From Arenicellales bacterium (lineage in GTDB: Bacteria; Pseudomonadota; Gammaproteobacteria; Arenicellales; Poriferihabitantaceae), in the NCBI GenBank assembly GCA_965116335.1, contig OZ220677.1, forward strand, positions 1,315,933 to 1,379,932: a stretch of 64,000 bases of DNA, read 5' to 3'. Positions 18,528 through 28,815 of the stretch are shown in pieces. Position 1 is the stretch's first letter; every line of letters begins with the position of its first letter. Under the pieces are notes generated by a model. The model saw only the letters and a list, made by a program, of their open reading frames with translations. It was not told the DNA's origin and made no database searches. Both the position numbers and the translations under genes were made by a program.

Positions 18528-18791
18528 GTGAAATGTAAGTATTGCTTCATGGAAACTGATGCTTTCAACCAACTTTCTGCATGGGCGAGCCCGGCCCTGA
18601 TTGTCGGACTGTTTTATTTTCAATGGCACAACAACAAGGATGTGCAGAACAAGATCGCTGATCTGAATGACAAGATCGCAAGGCTGAATGATAAGGTCGC
18701 CGCATTGGGGGAGCGCATGGCTAAGCTTGAAGGAATGTTTGAGGTTGCGCTACCACGCCCGAAACAATCAGACTCCCCATCCTCGTCCTAG
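18528..18791 (+). CDS. Possible small membrane-anchored coiled-coil protein
   Basis: GTG start. One TM (ASPALIVGLFYFQW) followed by heptads NKIADLNDKIARLNDKVAALGERMAKLEGMF. Weak translation signals. Confidence 0.3.
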   Translation: MKCKYCFMETDAFNQLSAWASPALIVGLFYFQWHNNKDVQNKIADLNDKIARLNDKVAALGERMAKLEGMFEVALPRPKQSDSPSSS

Positions 18792-19069
18792 TGTCCCGGC
18801 TCGGCAGGGCGTACGATGCGATGTCATCTGAGGCGCCAACCGGTTTTTATAAAACTCATAAAAATCATAATAAAAATTGCCAACAGCGGCTGTAATATGT
18901 CAAGATACGGCCTGCAATGGGCTAAAGCCCAGCAAAAGAGTTGTATTTTCGATAGGGTCTGTTCTTTATCGGACCAGTTCTTTTTTGTGTTTCCCCGTGG
19001 TTTTTGGGGAACCAATCTGAAGTCATCTATCAAATATCAAAATTAGCAGTAATCAGGAGACAAAACAAA

Positions 19070-20182
19070 ATGATTAAAACTTTTAAACGAGTGGCAGCCA
19101 CACTGATCGGGCTGTCCATGCTGGCGAGTGCCAGCGCAATCGCGGAGGTAAAAATCCGGGTGCAGTCGGTACTGCCGACCAAGGCGGATGAAATCGTCAT
19201 GCTGAAGGATTTCGCTGCCAACGTCGCCGCCCTGACCAATGGCGAAGTGCAGATTGAAGTATTGCCGGACGGCGCCATCGTGAGTGGACGGGATATCCTG
19301 AACGCAGTGGACAAGGGCCTGGTCGAAGGTGGCTTCGCCTGGACGCATTACTGGTCCGGTCAACATCCCGCCGCCATGCTGTTCGGTTCTCCGGTTGCAG
19401 GCGCTGGCGTGGGTATCGACAACATCGCTTTCATCTCATGGTTCATGAATGGCGGAGGACGCGAGCTGTATGACCGTCTGTGGGACGAAATGGGTCTGAA
19501 TGTGCATGGCGTCATGCTCCAGCCTGTTGGCCCGGAAGCACTGGGCTGGTTCAAGGAACCGATCCACAGTATGGATGATTTCCGTAAATATCGTTTCCGT
19601 ACACCTCCCGGCATTCCCGGACAAACCTACAAGGATATAGGCGTGGCGAGCGTAGCGATGGGAGGCGGTGACATTCTGCCCGCGCTGGAAAAAGGCACGA
19701 TTGACGCTGCCGAATGGTGCTGCCCGAAACCGGATAGTGTGTTCGGCTTCCAGAAAGTGCTGAAACACTACTACCTGCAGGGACTTCATCAGGTCGTGGT
19801 CAACGCGGACCTTTACATCAATGGTGATGTCTGGAACAGCCTGACCGAAGACCAGAAAAACGCGATCAATATCTCTGCCGATGCTTCCCTGATTCGTTCC
19901 ATGAGTTATCGAATCTATGAAAACGGCAAGGCGCTGAAAGACCTGACGGAAAATCACGGTGTTATTCTGCATGATACGCCCGCTGATTATTTCCCGGCAT
20001 ACATGAACGCGGCGAAGGCAAGTCTTGAGAAAAATGCCGCTGAAAATGAGTTCTTTGCTGAAGTCTGGAATTCGCAAAAAGCATTTGCTGATATTGCGGT
20101 TCCGTTCTGGGCTGGCGCGCAAACATCCAATGCCAACCTCGGCCAGGCTTACGCCAAACAATTGCAGCAAATGGCGCAATAA
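19070..20182 (+). CDS. TRAP transporter substrate-binding protein (DctP family; HpsK-like)
   Basis: AGGAG RBS, signal peptide MIKTFKRVAATLIGLSMLASASA, DctP-type sequence. DctQ and DctM genes follow. Confidence 0.85.
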   Translation: MIKTFKRVAATLIGLSMLASASAIAEVKIRVQSVLPTKADEIVMLKDFAANVAALTNGEVQIEVLPDGAIVSGRDILNAVDKGLVEGGFAWTHYWSGQHPAAMLFGSPVAGAGVGIDNIAFISWFMNGGGRELYDRLWDEMGLNVHGVMLQPVGPEALGWFKEPIHSMDDFRKYRFRTPPGIPGQTYKDIGVASVAMGGGDILPALEKGTIDAAEWCCPKPDSVFGFQKVLKHYYLQGLHQVVVNADLYINGDVWNSLTEDQKNAINISADASLIRSMSYRIYENGKALKDLTENHGVILHDTPADYFPAYMNAAKASLEKNAAENEFFAEVWNSQKAFADIAVPFWAGAQTSNANLGQAYAKQLQQMAQ

Positions 20183-20222
20183 ATCTGTGACTTGTGCCCG
20201 GAACCATAAGGCACAATAGCAG

Positions 20223-20260
20223 GATACCGATACGGGCTTATCAAGCCCGTATCTGGTATC
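20223..20260 (+). promoter_or_regulatory. Long intercistronic stem-loop between the TRAP binding-protein gene and the permease genes
   Basis: GATACCGATACGGGCTT-ATC-AAGCCCGTATCTGGTATC. This is a near-perfect 17-bp stem with no T-run. Confidence 0.45.
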
Positions 20261-20333
20261 ACTCTCAAAATAATCACGAATCCAGCTGAAAGCGGGTTAT
20301 ACTGTCCCCTCTACACATTGATGCGTCACAATC

Positions 20334-20948
20334 ATGGCTGAAGAAATCATCCCGGACGATCTCGAGATCGCAGACGAGTTGATCGCCGAGCGGCGTTCCG
20401 CCGACCCGGGTAATCTGCCGGATGACATGCCGTACTGGGTAGCCTGCCTGATCAGCTGGATAGACCGCACCAGTATGCTGGTTGGAAAACTGGTTTGCTG
20501 GTTTCTGGTGCCGATGTGCCTGGCGATGGTATATGAGGTCATCGCCCGCAAGTTCTTCATTGCCCCGACCATGTGGGCCTACGATGTCAGCCGTATGCTA
20601 TACGGCGCGATGTTCATGCTCGGTGCAGGCTATGCCTTGTCACGTGGCGTACACATCCGCGCCGACTTCATATACCGCAACTGGTCGGATCGTACGCAGG
20701 GAATCGTGGACGGCACATTGTATGTACTCTTTTATTTCCCCGGTATGCTGGTTTTCCTGTGGATGTCGATTGATTATGCCTGGACCTCGATTGATCGGGG
20801 AGAACGTGGCATGGACACGGCCTGGATGCCCTACATGGGGCCGATAAAAAGCGCCATCCCGATCGGCATTGTGCTGTTATTAATGCAAGGCATATCCGAG
20901 TTACTGAAATGCTGGTATGCAATTACCCGTGGCAGGTGGCCTGTTTAG
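20334..20948 (+). CDS. TRAP transporter small permease (DctQ family; HpsL-like)
   Basis: 204 aa with four hydrophobic segments. Its stop abuts the DctM start (TAGATG). Confidence 0.8.
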   Translation: MAEEIIPDDLEIADELIAERRSADPGNLPDDMPYWVACLISWIDRTSMLVGKLVCWFLVPMCLAMVYEVIARKFFIAPTMWAYDVSRMLYGAMFMLGAGYALSRGVHIRADFIYRNWSDRTQGIVDGTLYVLFYFPGMLVFLWMSIDYAWTSIDRGERGMDTAWMPYMGPIKSAIPIGIVLLLMQGISELLKCWYAITRGRWPV

Positions 20949-22289
20949 ATGATTGATTTCCTCGCCAACCTGCAACCCGAATATATCGGGCTGATCATGG
21001 TCGCCTGTATGCTGTTTGCCATTTTTATCGGCTTCCCGATTTCATTCACCTTGATTTTCCTCGGCATGACCTTTGGCCTGTGGGGGTTCGGGGAACTGGT
21101 TTTCTATCTGATGACGTTCCAGTTTTCCGGAGTCATGCTGGAACAGACACTGGCCGCGGTGCCATTATTCATTTTCATGGGCATCCTGATGGAGCAGGCC
21201 GGTCTGATGGAGCGGCTGTTTCACGCAGTGCAACTCGCCCTGTCCCGCACTCGTGGCGCCCTCTATATCGCAGTGCTCTTTGTCTCTACCATTTTTGCCG
21301 CCGCCACCGGCATTGTAGGTGCTTCGGTGACCATTCTCGGTATCATGGCAGCCAAAACCATGAATCGCGCCGGTTACGATGTACAACTTTCTGCCGGGTC
21401 AATTACCGCAGGCGGTACATTGGGAATCCTGATCCCGCCGAGTATCATGCTGGTGGTCATGGGGCCAATCCTGGAAGTGCCAGTCACCGACCTTTTCGCT
21501 GCCGCCATCATTCCAGGTTTCATGCTGGCTTTCCTGTACACCGGTTACGCGCTGATCCGCTGCCAGCTCAATCCGTCTCTGGGCCCGCCTCTGCCGGAGG
21601 AATTGCAACCGACCTCCATGTCCCATGTGTGGAAGGAGTTTTTCCTCGGCCTCGTACCGCCCGCGGCGCTGGTTGGTTTCGCGCTGGGCAGCATCCTGCT
21701 CGGATTTGCTACCCCGACAGAAGCCGCCGGTATGGGCGCCTTCGGCTCGTTCCTGCTTGCGGCAGCCTATAAAAAACTGTCCTGGTCCGGTTTCCGGGAT
21801 GCGTTGATCAAAACCCTGGAAATTTCGGCCCTGATACTGGTACTGGTCGCCGCCTCGAATTTCTTTGGCGCTGTATTCGCGCGGCTGGGTACGCCAACCA
21901 TGTTGACTGAGGTTCTGTTATCACTGGATATGTCGCCTTACGCGATCCTCGCATTGGTGATGGTGCTGATATTTCTATTGGGCTGGCCGTTGGAGTGGGT
22001 GCCGATTGTCCTGATCATCGTGCCAATCCTCTTACCGTTGATCGATAAACTTGGATTCAATCTGATCTGGTTCGGAATTCTGGTTGCGGTCAACCTGCAA
22101 ACCGCCTGGCTATCGCCGCCAGTCGCGCTATCGGCCTATTTTCTCAAGGGCGTAGTACCCGAATGGGATTTGAAGGATATCTATATAGGAATGATGCAGT
22201 TCATGGTGATCCAGTTGATCGGGTTGCTATTGATCATTATGTTCCCGCAGATCGCGCTATGGCTGCCGGAATACTTAAGCTCAAGATAG
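20949..22289 (+). CDS. TRAP transporter large permease (DctM family; HpsM-like)
   Basis: 446-aa polytopic protein with typical DctM sequence (VPLFIFMGILMEQAGLMERLF). Confidence 0.9.
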   Translation: MIDFLANLQPEYIGLIMVACMLFAIFIGFPISFTLIFLGMTFGLWGFGELVFYLMTFQFSGVMLEQTLAAVPLFIFMGILMEQAGLMERLFHAVQLALSRTRGALYIAVLFVSTIFAAATGIVGASVTILGIMAAKTMNRAGYDVQLSAGSITAGGTLGILIPPSIMLVVMGPILEVPVTDLFAAAIIPGFMLAFLYTGYALIRCQLNPSLGPPLPEELQPTSMSHVWKEFFLGLVPPAALVGFALGSILLGFATPTEAAGMGAFGSFLLAAAYKKLSWSGFRDALIKTLEISALILVLVAASNFFGAVFARLGTPTMLTEVLLSLDMSPYAILALVMVLIFLLGWPLEWVPIVLIIVPILLPLIDKLGFNLIWFGILVAVNLQTAWLSPPVALSAYFLKGVVPEWDLKDIYIGMMQFMVIQLIGLLLIIMFPQIALWLPEYLSSR

Positions 22290-22327
22290 CCAATTAACAC
22301 AATTCTCAGGAGTTTTCAGTAGTAATC

Positions 22328-23644
22328 ATGGCAATTCACTATATCAGGAAAGCGCCCAGAACGCCGTCCACCGGGCAGGACGACACCCATCAAACCGTTC
22401 GCACCATGTTGCAGGAAATCGAGCAGGGTGGCGAGGAGAAAGTGCGGGAGTATGCACGCAAACTGGATGGTTGGGAGAAGGAAGTCGTAGTAAGCCGGGA
22501 AGAAATCGAGCAGGCAGAAGCATCGCTGCCGGAACAGACCCGGCAGGATATCCGGTTCTCTCACGCACGTGTACAGGAATTCGCCCAGGCTCAACTGGCG
22601 AGTATGAGCGAGTTCGAGACTGAATTATCGCCCGGTCTTTTTTGCGGGCAACGCCTGATTCCGGTACAGACTGCGGGTTGTTACATACCCGGCGGACGCT
22701 ACGCGCATATCGCGTCTGCAATCATGAGCGTCACCACAGCCAAAGTCGCTGGCGTGCGTAACATCATCGCCTGTTCACCAACGCACGGGGAACGCGGTGT
22801 TCACCCCGCGATACTGTATGCGGCGAATTATGCCGGAGCGGATACCATACTCCATCTTGGCGGTGTTCAGGGAGTGGCCGCGCTGGCCTTTGGTCTGTTC
22901 ACCGGCAATCCGGCGGATGTGCTCGCAGGCCCGGGCAACCGCTTTGTAGCGGAGGCTAAACGAATCCTGTTCGGGCAGGTCGGTATCGATATGTTCGCCG
23001 GCCCCACCGAAGTATTAATCATTGCAGATGAGACCGCCGACCCGGAAATCATCGCCTGTGATCTGGCAAGCCAGGCGGAGCACGGCCCGGATTCTCCTGC
23101 ATGGCTGATCAGCACTTCCAGAGCGCTGGCCGAAAAAGTCATCGAACGGATGCCGGAGTATATCGAGAGACTGTCCGAGCCCAATCGTTCGACTGCACAG
23201 AGTGCCTGGCGTGACTATGGCGAAGTCGTTGTGGTTGACTCGCGTGAGGAAGCCGTCGAAGTCAGCGACCGTTACGCCAGCGAACATCTGGAGGTGCACT
23301 GCCGGGACCTCGACTGGTGGCTTGAAAATCTGAGCAACTATGGCTCCCTGTTTCTCGGCGAAGAAACCACGGTTTCTTACGGTGACAAGTGCTCCGGGAC
23401 CAATCATATTCTGCCAACCAAGGGGGCGGCGCGTTATACCGGCGGACTCAGTGTAGCCAAATTCATCAAGGTGCTGACTTATCAGCGGATGAGCCAACAG
23501 GCCAACCGCGATGTCGGCGCGGTAACCGCAAGAATCTCCCGCGCGGAAGGCATGGAAGGCCACGCCCGCAGTGGGGATGACCGCCTCTACAAGTATTTTC
23601 CGGGCGAAAAATTCGATCTGGGGATTGATCGGCAGACGCTGTAG
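22328..23644 (+). CDS. Histidinol-dehydrogenase-family oxidoreductase (HisD paralog; candidate sulfopropanediol 3-dehydrogenase HpsN)
   Basis: HisD-type motifs: CYIPGGRYAHIASAIMSVTTAKVAGV, QAEHGPDSPAWL, SEHLEV. The context is a TRAP transporter rather than his genes. Confidence 0.75.
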   Translation: MAIHYIRKAPRTPSTGQDDTHQTVRTMLQEIEQGGEEKVREYARKLDGWEKEVVVSREEIEQAEASLPEQTRQDIRFSHARVQEFAQAQLASMSEFETELSPGLFCGQRLIPVQTAGCYIPGGRYAHIASAIMSVTTAKVAGVRNIIACSPTHGERGVHPAILYAANYAGADTILHLGGVQGVAALAFGLFTGNPADVLAGPGNRFVAEAKRILFGQVGIDMFAGPTEVLIIADETADPEIIACDLASQAEHGPDSPAWLISTSRALAEKVIERMPEYIERLSEPNRSTAQSAWRDYGEVVVVDSREEAVEVSDRYASEHLEVHCRDLDWWLENLSNYGSLFLGEETTVSYGDKCSGTNHILPTKGAARYTGGLSVAKFIKVLTYQRMSQQANRDVGAVTARISRAEGMEGHARSGDDRLYKYFPGEKFDLGIDRQTL

Positions 23645-23661
23645 GCAGAGCCTGCCCGGAC

Positions 23662-24453
23662 ATGCCAGGCCCGTCACCGATCAAGGATAGTCCACTCGAC
23701 CAGTTTTTACTGGACAATCGGGTTTTCGTGATTACCGGCGCCAGCTCAGGAATCGGCCGTGAGATGACCCGGATTCTGGCTGCAGCAGGAGCCGCCGTGG
23801 TCGGCATCGCCCGCCGCAAAGCCCCGCTCGACGAGGTAGTGGAGGAAATCACAGAAAACGGCGGACGCGCCCGCTCCGTCTGCGCCGACCTGAGTGACCG
23901 ACCTGCAATACCGAATATCGCCGCGCAATGCCGGGCTATATTCGGGCCGGTCGATGGCGTTGTCAATGCTGCCGGAATCAACCTTCGCCAGAGTATCGAG
24001 GAGATCACTATTGAAAGCTGGGACGCGACTGTCAACCTGAATCTTTGCGCGCCGTTTTTTTTCAGCCGGGAGTTTGTGCCCGATATGGTTGAAAATGGCT
24101 ACGGACGCATTATCAACATTGCATCCTTACAATCATTGCGCGCATTTGCCAACAGCCTGCCTTACGGTGCATCAAAAGGCGGCATCTGCCAGTTGACCCG
24201 TGCGATGGCGCAGGCCTGGTCTCCACAGGGCATCACCTGTAACGCGATAGCGCCCGGGTTTTTCCCGACCGAGTTGACCGCCCCCGTGTTTGGCGATGCC
24301 GAGACCGAACAGTGGCGAGCCAGCCAGACGATGTTGGGACGCAACGGCAAGTTAAGCGATCTGTCCGGTATTACTATTTTCTTCGCATCGGCTGCGTCTG
24401 CCTATATCACCGGACAGACACTACACATTGATGGCGGTTTCTCTGCCGGGTAA
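23662..24453 (+). CDS. Short-chain dehydrogenase/reductase (HpsO-like position)
   Basis: VFVITGASSGIGREM (TGxxxGxG), NIAS, YGASKGG (YxxxK). Confidence 0.85.
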   Translation: MPGPSPIKDSPLDQFLLDNRVFVITGASSGIGREMTRILAAAGAAVVGIARRKAPLDEVVEEITENGGRARSVCADLSDRPAIPNIAAQCRAIFGPVDGVVNAAGINLRQSIEEITIESWDATVNLNLCAPFFFSREFVPDMVENGYGRIINIASLQSLRAFANSLPYGASKGGICQLTRAMAQAWSPQGITCNAIAPGFFPTELTAPVFGDAETEQWRASQTMLGRNGKLSDLSGITIFFASAASAYITGQTLHIDGGFSAG

Positions 24454-24467
24454 TACAGGAGGCGAAT

Positions 24468-25457
24468 ATGAAAGCTCTGGTCTATACAGCCAATCAGCAA
24501 ATGACTTACCGAGACGAACCGGACCCGACCCCCGGTCACGATGAAGCGCTGGTCGCCGTTCAATCGGTCGGTATTTGCGGTTCCGACATGCATGCCTGGA
24601 TGGGGCACGACTCGCGCCGTGTACCTCCCTTGATTCTCGGACATGAAGCCGTTGGCGTGGTATTGCATGGACGCAGGCCGGGCAGCAGAGTCGTACTCAA
24701 TCCACTCATCACCTGCGGTATATGCGATGACTGTTCGGGCGGTCGACAGAATCTCTGCGCCGACAGGGATTTGATCGGCATGGTGCGGGCAGGAGCCTTC
24801 GCTGAACAGGTCGCCATCCCGGAAAGAAATCTGATTGAAGTCCCGGACGACATGGATACCGGCAAGGCAGCCTTGACTGAGCCGGGCGCCACCGCGCTGC
24901 ATGCGGTATTGCTTGCCGAGCGCTCCAGTGCCCGCCCGGTCAGTGAAGCCCGCGCTCTGGTCATCGGCGCTGGCTCGGTTGGCCTGCTGACTGCATTGAT
25001 CCTGCTGGACAAGGGGGTGGCACAGGTTGATCTGGCCGAAACCAACCCATTGAGACGGCAAACGGTGATTGACCATACCGATTGCAGGGTTTTTGATCCG
25101 ATCGAAAACCCTCCCGCAGAAAATTACTATGATCTGGTCTTCGATGCTGTTGGAAATGCCAATACCCGCAATACCAGCATAGCCAGCGCTCGTCCGGGAT
25201 CAATCATTGTGCACATCGGGCTGATGGATAATCAGGGCAGCATGGATGTACGGCGCATGACCTTGCAGGAAATTACCCTGATTGGATGTTATACCTATTC
25301 TCCGCTGGACTTGCGAGTCACGCTGCGGAAGCTGCACAGCGGGGCGCTGGGCACACTGGACTGGATAGAGTCCCGTCCGCTCGGTGACGGGGGCGGTGCT
25401 TTTGAAGAAATCCACAATGGATATTGTGCAGCGCCCAAGGTGGTATTGCAGATTTAA
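24468..25457 (+). CDS. Zn-dependent medium-chain alcohol dehydrogenase (HpsP-like position)
   Basis: GICGSDMHAW, GHEAVG, a CGICDDCSGGRQNLC structural-Zn motif, and GAGSVG as the NAD fold. Confidence 0.85.
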   Translation: MKALVYTANQQMTYRDEPDPTPGHDEALVAVQSVGICGSDMHAWMGHDSRRVPPLILGHEAVGVVLHGRRPGSRVVLNPLITCGICDDCSGGRQNLCADRDLIGMVRAGAFAEQVAIPERNLIEVPDDMDTGKAALTEPGATALHAVLLAERSSARPVSEARALVIGAGSVGLLTALILLDKGVAQVDLAETNPLRRQTVIDHTDCRVFDPIENPPAENYYDLVFDAVGNANTRNTSIASARPGSIIVHIGLMDNQGSMDVRRMTLQEITLIGCYTYSPLDLRVTLRKLHSGALGTLDWIESRPLGDGGGAFEEIHNGYCAAPKVVLQI

Positions 25458-25489
25458 CGGCGCACACGGGAATCCACAACCACCATCCA

Positions 25490-25518
25490 CATCATTCCCC
25501 CCTTGAGGGGGGAATGAT
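25490..25518. terminator. Bidirectional hairpin (REP D-type module) between the convergent ADH and csp genes
   Basis: CATCATTCCCCCC-TTGA-GGGGGGAATGAT inverted repeat. Confidence 0.5.
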
Positions 25519-25531
25519 TTCCTGCCCGCAA

Positions 25532-25741
25532 TTACTGGACAGGCACCACATTATTGGCACACGGGCCTTTCTGACCCTGCCCTATCTCGAACTCAACCTC
25601 CTGACCTTCATCCAGCGTCGCATAGCCGCCGCCACTTTGAATCTCAGAATAGTGGACAAAGAGGTCTTTGCCTCCGTCCTGTGGCGTGATAAATCCGAAA
25701 CCCTTAGCGGCGCTGAACCACTTGACCTTACCTTTACTCAT
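25532..25741 (-). CDS. CspA-family cold-shock protein
   Basis: [34 protein letters not shown] contains the RNP1/RNP2 motifs. 69 aa. Confidence 0.95.
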   Translation of the reverse strand: MSKGKVKWFSAAKGFGFITPQDGGKDLFVHYSEIQSGGGYATLDEGQEVEFEIGQGQKGPCANNVVPVQ

Positions 25742-26112
25742 TTATTTTCTCTTGAATTAACGGTGAATCAACATAAAATTTCCACATCCAAATTCACCGG
25801 TTTGAAGCAGAAAACAAAAATATGACGATAACCCGTACCGCCAACTTGAAAACCTGCGAACCTTAACACCTAAAGCGGAAAATTTCATAACAATTTCAAA
25901 CGAATATACCCTGAATCGCAAATATGCCCTGAATTGCAGCACTCCGGTCGTATAATCTATCTATAACGAGAATATTGAAATATAACTTCAATATAAATCG
26001 ATCTCCTGTGATTTTAGGATTATTTTATCGTAGAATCCAGTATACAATTTCCTTTCCCGGGTCATCCGCTGCCCTCAGATGACTTATACCATCACTTTTT
26101 TGCGAGGCACCG

Positions 26113-27330
26113 ATGAAAGAAAACTACTATCTGGATAATGCTGCTACTTCCTGGCCGAAACCTGAATGTGTCTATCAATTCATGGATCAGTTCTATCGCG
26201 GCTACGGAGTGAACCCGGGCCGAGCCGGACATGAACTGGCAGTGGAAGCGGAAAAGATGATTTCCCAGACCCGCCGGTTGCTGGGACAGTTCTTCAATTT
26301 CGGTCATGACAGCAGTCGTGTGGTTTTCACCCAGAATGCCTCGGACTCACTCAACATCGCGCTGTTCGGTATGCTTGAACCCGGTGATCATGTAATCAGT
26401 ACCCGTGTGGAACATAATTCTGTTATCCGCCCCTTGAATCATCTGGAGCGAGACCATAACGTCGCCGTCACGCGCGTAGAACATGATGAACAGGGTTATG
26501 TCGATCCACAGGAAGTAAAAAAAGCACTTCGTCCCGAAACAAGAGTGATCGTGGTCAACCATGCTTCCAACGTACTGGGTTCTGTTCAGGACCTGAAATC
26601 AATTGGACAGATTGCGCGTGAAGCGGAAGTGACTTTCGTGGTCGATACCTGCCAGACTGCCGGAGTTTTGACCATCGACATGCAGGACTGTTGCATTGAT
26701 GTCCTGACCTTCACCGGCCACAAGGGTCTGTTTGGCCCTATGGGTGTCGGTGGAATGCTGGTCAATGACGGCATCTGGATTCGTCCGGCGCGGGTAGGTG
26801 GAACCGGCGTTGACTCGATCACCCCGTTCCAGCCTGATGACTATCCCCACCATCTTGAGGCAGGCACAGTCGCGCTACCCGGTATCGCGGGCTTGAATGC
26901 CGCGCAGAAATGGTTCGCGGAACTGGGCAAAGAACAACTGAATGACTCTGGCGGGGATGTCAGCCACACGCAAGCCTGCCGCGCCGCGCTGCAACATATA
27001 GAGGACAAAGAGGTCGCCCATGTGAAAGAGTTGGAGACCGCATTCAGGGATATTGAGACGGTCAAAATCTACGGCCCGCAGGGAGACCGTCACCGGGTTG
27101 CGACACTGTCCATCAATATCGGCGATCTTCCCGCCGATCAGGTCGGCACGATGCTGGATGCAGATTACGCCGTATGCGTCCGCGCCGGTCTGCATTGCGC
27201 GCCACTGGTTCATCAGGATGCCAATACCGTTCCACAAAACGGAACCGTGCGGTTTTCTCCCGGATACTTCACAGACGGGGAAGACCTGGAACAGGCTATC
27301 GAGGGCGTTAAGGAACTGGCAGAAATGTAA
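26113..27330 (+). CDS. Class V aminotransferase-fold PLP enzyme (cysteine desulfurase/selenocysteine lyase-like)
   Basis: YLDNAATSWPKPECV N-terminus, FTGHKGLFGPMGVGGM (PLP lysine), RAGLHCAP near the C-terminus. Confidence 0.8.
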   Translation: MKENYYLDNAATSWPKPECVYQFMDQFYRGYGVNPGRAGHELAVEAEKMISQTRRLLGQFFNFGHDSSRVVFTQNASDSLNIALFGMLEPGDHVISTRVEHNSVIRPLNHLERDHNVAVTRVEHDEQGYVDPQEVKKALRPETRVIVVNHASNVLGSVQDLKSIGQIAREAEVTFVVDTCQTAGVLTIDMQDCCIDVLTFTGHKGLFGPMGVGGMLVNDGIWIRPARVGGTGVDSITPFQPDDYPHHLEAGTVALPGIAGLNAAQKWFAELGKEQLNDSGGDVSHTQACRAALQHIEDKEVAHVKELETAFRDIETVKIYGPQGDRHRVATLSINIGDLPADQVGTMLDADYAVCVRAGLHCAPLVHQDANTVPQNGTVRFSPGYFTDGEDLEQAIEGVKELAEM

Positions 27331-27387
27331 GAAATGTAGCCTGGGAATCCGGTTCAGCTACCGATTCAGCTCCGGCTCAATCGGTAG

Positions 27388-28785
27388 TCATCCGGTAGTC
27401 ATCGGATGAAACCATCCCAGCTTCGAATGCAGGCTGACTACGGAACCGACTATGGTCAGGGTCGGTGCCTGGATATTACTGCTGGCTATGACATCGGGCA
27501 GTTTTTCCAGAGCGCTGATATACACACGCTGATCCGGGGTGGTGCCTTTTTCAATGACTGCGGCCAGAGTATCCGGCGCACAACCATGGGCAATCAATTG
27601 CTCGCAGATGGTCGACAATCCCTGAAGAGCCATATAGAAAACCAGTGTCTGCTCGCGGGCAACCAGACTGCCCCAGTCCAGATTGACGGAACCGTTTTGT
27701 AGTTGCCCGGTGACAAAGCGCACGGATTGTGCATGATCGCGGTGAGTCAGTGGAATGCCCGCATAGCTGGCGCAGCCGTTGGCCGCAGTGATACCGGGAA
27801 TAATCTGGAAGGGAATGTGGTGCTCGGCCAGTTTTTCTATTTCTTCCCCGCCCCGACCAAAAATAAACGGATCACCGCCCTTCAATCTCGCGACTCGCTT
27901 GCCCTGCCGGGCATACTGCACCAGAAGATCATTGATTTGTGTTTGCGGCAGGGTATGTTTCGAGCGCTGCTTGCCGACATAAATCAATTCCTTGTCCTCC
28001 CCCAATCGATCCAGGGTTTCCTTCGACACCAGCCGGTCATAGAGCACAATCTCAGCCTGCTGCAGCAACCGAAATGCCCGCAGGGTCAGCAGGTCCGGGT
28101 CACCCGGTCCGGCTCCGATCAGATAAACCTCGCCACAGTCTGAAAACCCCCGGTGGTCGTCAATCGCCGCCTGCAACCGGGATTCCGCGAGCTCAATGTT
28201 GCCGGATAACGCGCTTTCGGCAATATCACCGTATACCACCTTGTTCCAGAAGTTTCTGCGCTCACCCGGATGTTGTATCTGTTGATTGATCTGTCGGCGA
28301 TATCGCCCGAACAACTCCGCAAGCCTGCCATAACCACTCGGGATGAACAGGTTGATCCGATGACGTAGCAGGTTCGCGAACTGGGGAGAAGCGCTGCCAC
28401 TGGTAATCGCGATCTGCGTAGGCTCACGATTAATAACGGTCGGGAAAATAACATCACACAATGCGGAATCATCCACCACATTGACCGGGATCCCCTGCCG
28501 CTTGCCGGCTTCGGCGATTTGCCGATTGACCTCCCGGTCATTAGTCGCGGCCACCAACAGCCTATAGTGGCTTGCAAGGTCACTCGAACGCCAGCGGCGC
28601 AGCCAGACACTGCCGTTGCCTGCGAGAATAATATCGTTCAGCTCAGGCAGACATTTCACCGCCACCACATCCACCCGTCCGCCTGCTTCCAGTACACGTC
28701 GGGCGCGTCTCAAGGCCACCTTCCCTCCGCCCACCACCAGAGCGCGACAACCGGAGAAATTGTGCATTAACGGCAGATACTTCAT
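27388..28785 (-). CDS. cysG: Siroheme synthase (uroporphyrinogen-III methyltransferase / precorrin-2 dehydrogenase / ferrochelatase)
   Basis: N-terminal ALVVGGGKVALRRARRVLEAGGRV (NAD fold), followed by the methylase domain GEVYLIGAGPGDPDLLTLRAFRLLQQAEIVLYDRLV. ATG 28785 (the track start is GTG 28788). Confidence 0.9.
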   Translation of the reverse strand: MKYLPLMHNFSGCRALVVGGGKVALRRARRVLEAGGRVDVVAVKCLPELNDIILAGNGSVWLRRWRSSDLASHYRLLVAATNDREVNRQIAEAGKRQGIPVNVVDDSALCDVIFPTVINREPTQIAITSGSASPQFANLLRHRINLFIPSGYGRLAELFGRYRRQINQQIQHPGERRNFWNKVVYGDIAESALSGNIELAESRLQAAIDDHRGFSDCGEVYLIGAGPGDPDLLTLRAFRLLQQAEIVLYDRLVSKETLDRLGEDKELIYVGKQRSKHTLPQTQINDLLVQYARQGKRVARLKGGDPFIFGRGGEEIEKLAEHHIPFQIIPGITAANGCASYAGIPLTHRDHAQSVRFVTGQLQNGSVNLDWGSLVAREQTLVFYMALQGLSTICEQLIAHGCAPDTLAAVIEKGTTPDQRVYISALEKLPDVIASSNIQAPTLTIVGSVVSLHSKLGWFHPMTTG

Positions 28786-28815
28786 CACAGTCGCATCGTC
28801 TGTAGCAAAACCGGC

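Noticed and set aside
25972-25994. Inverted repeat ATATTGAA-N7-TTCAATAT in the csp/aminotransferase divergent region as an operator
   Set aside because: It is an AT-rich promoter region where such 8-bp palindromes arise easily, and no cognate regulator is in the window. Noted only.
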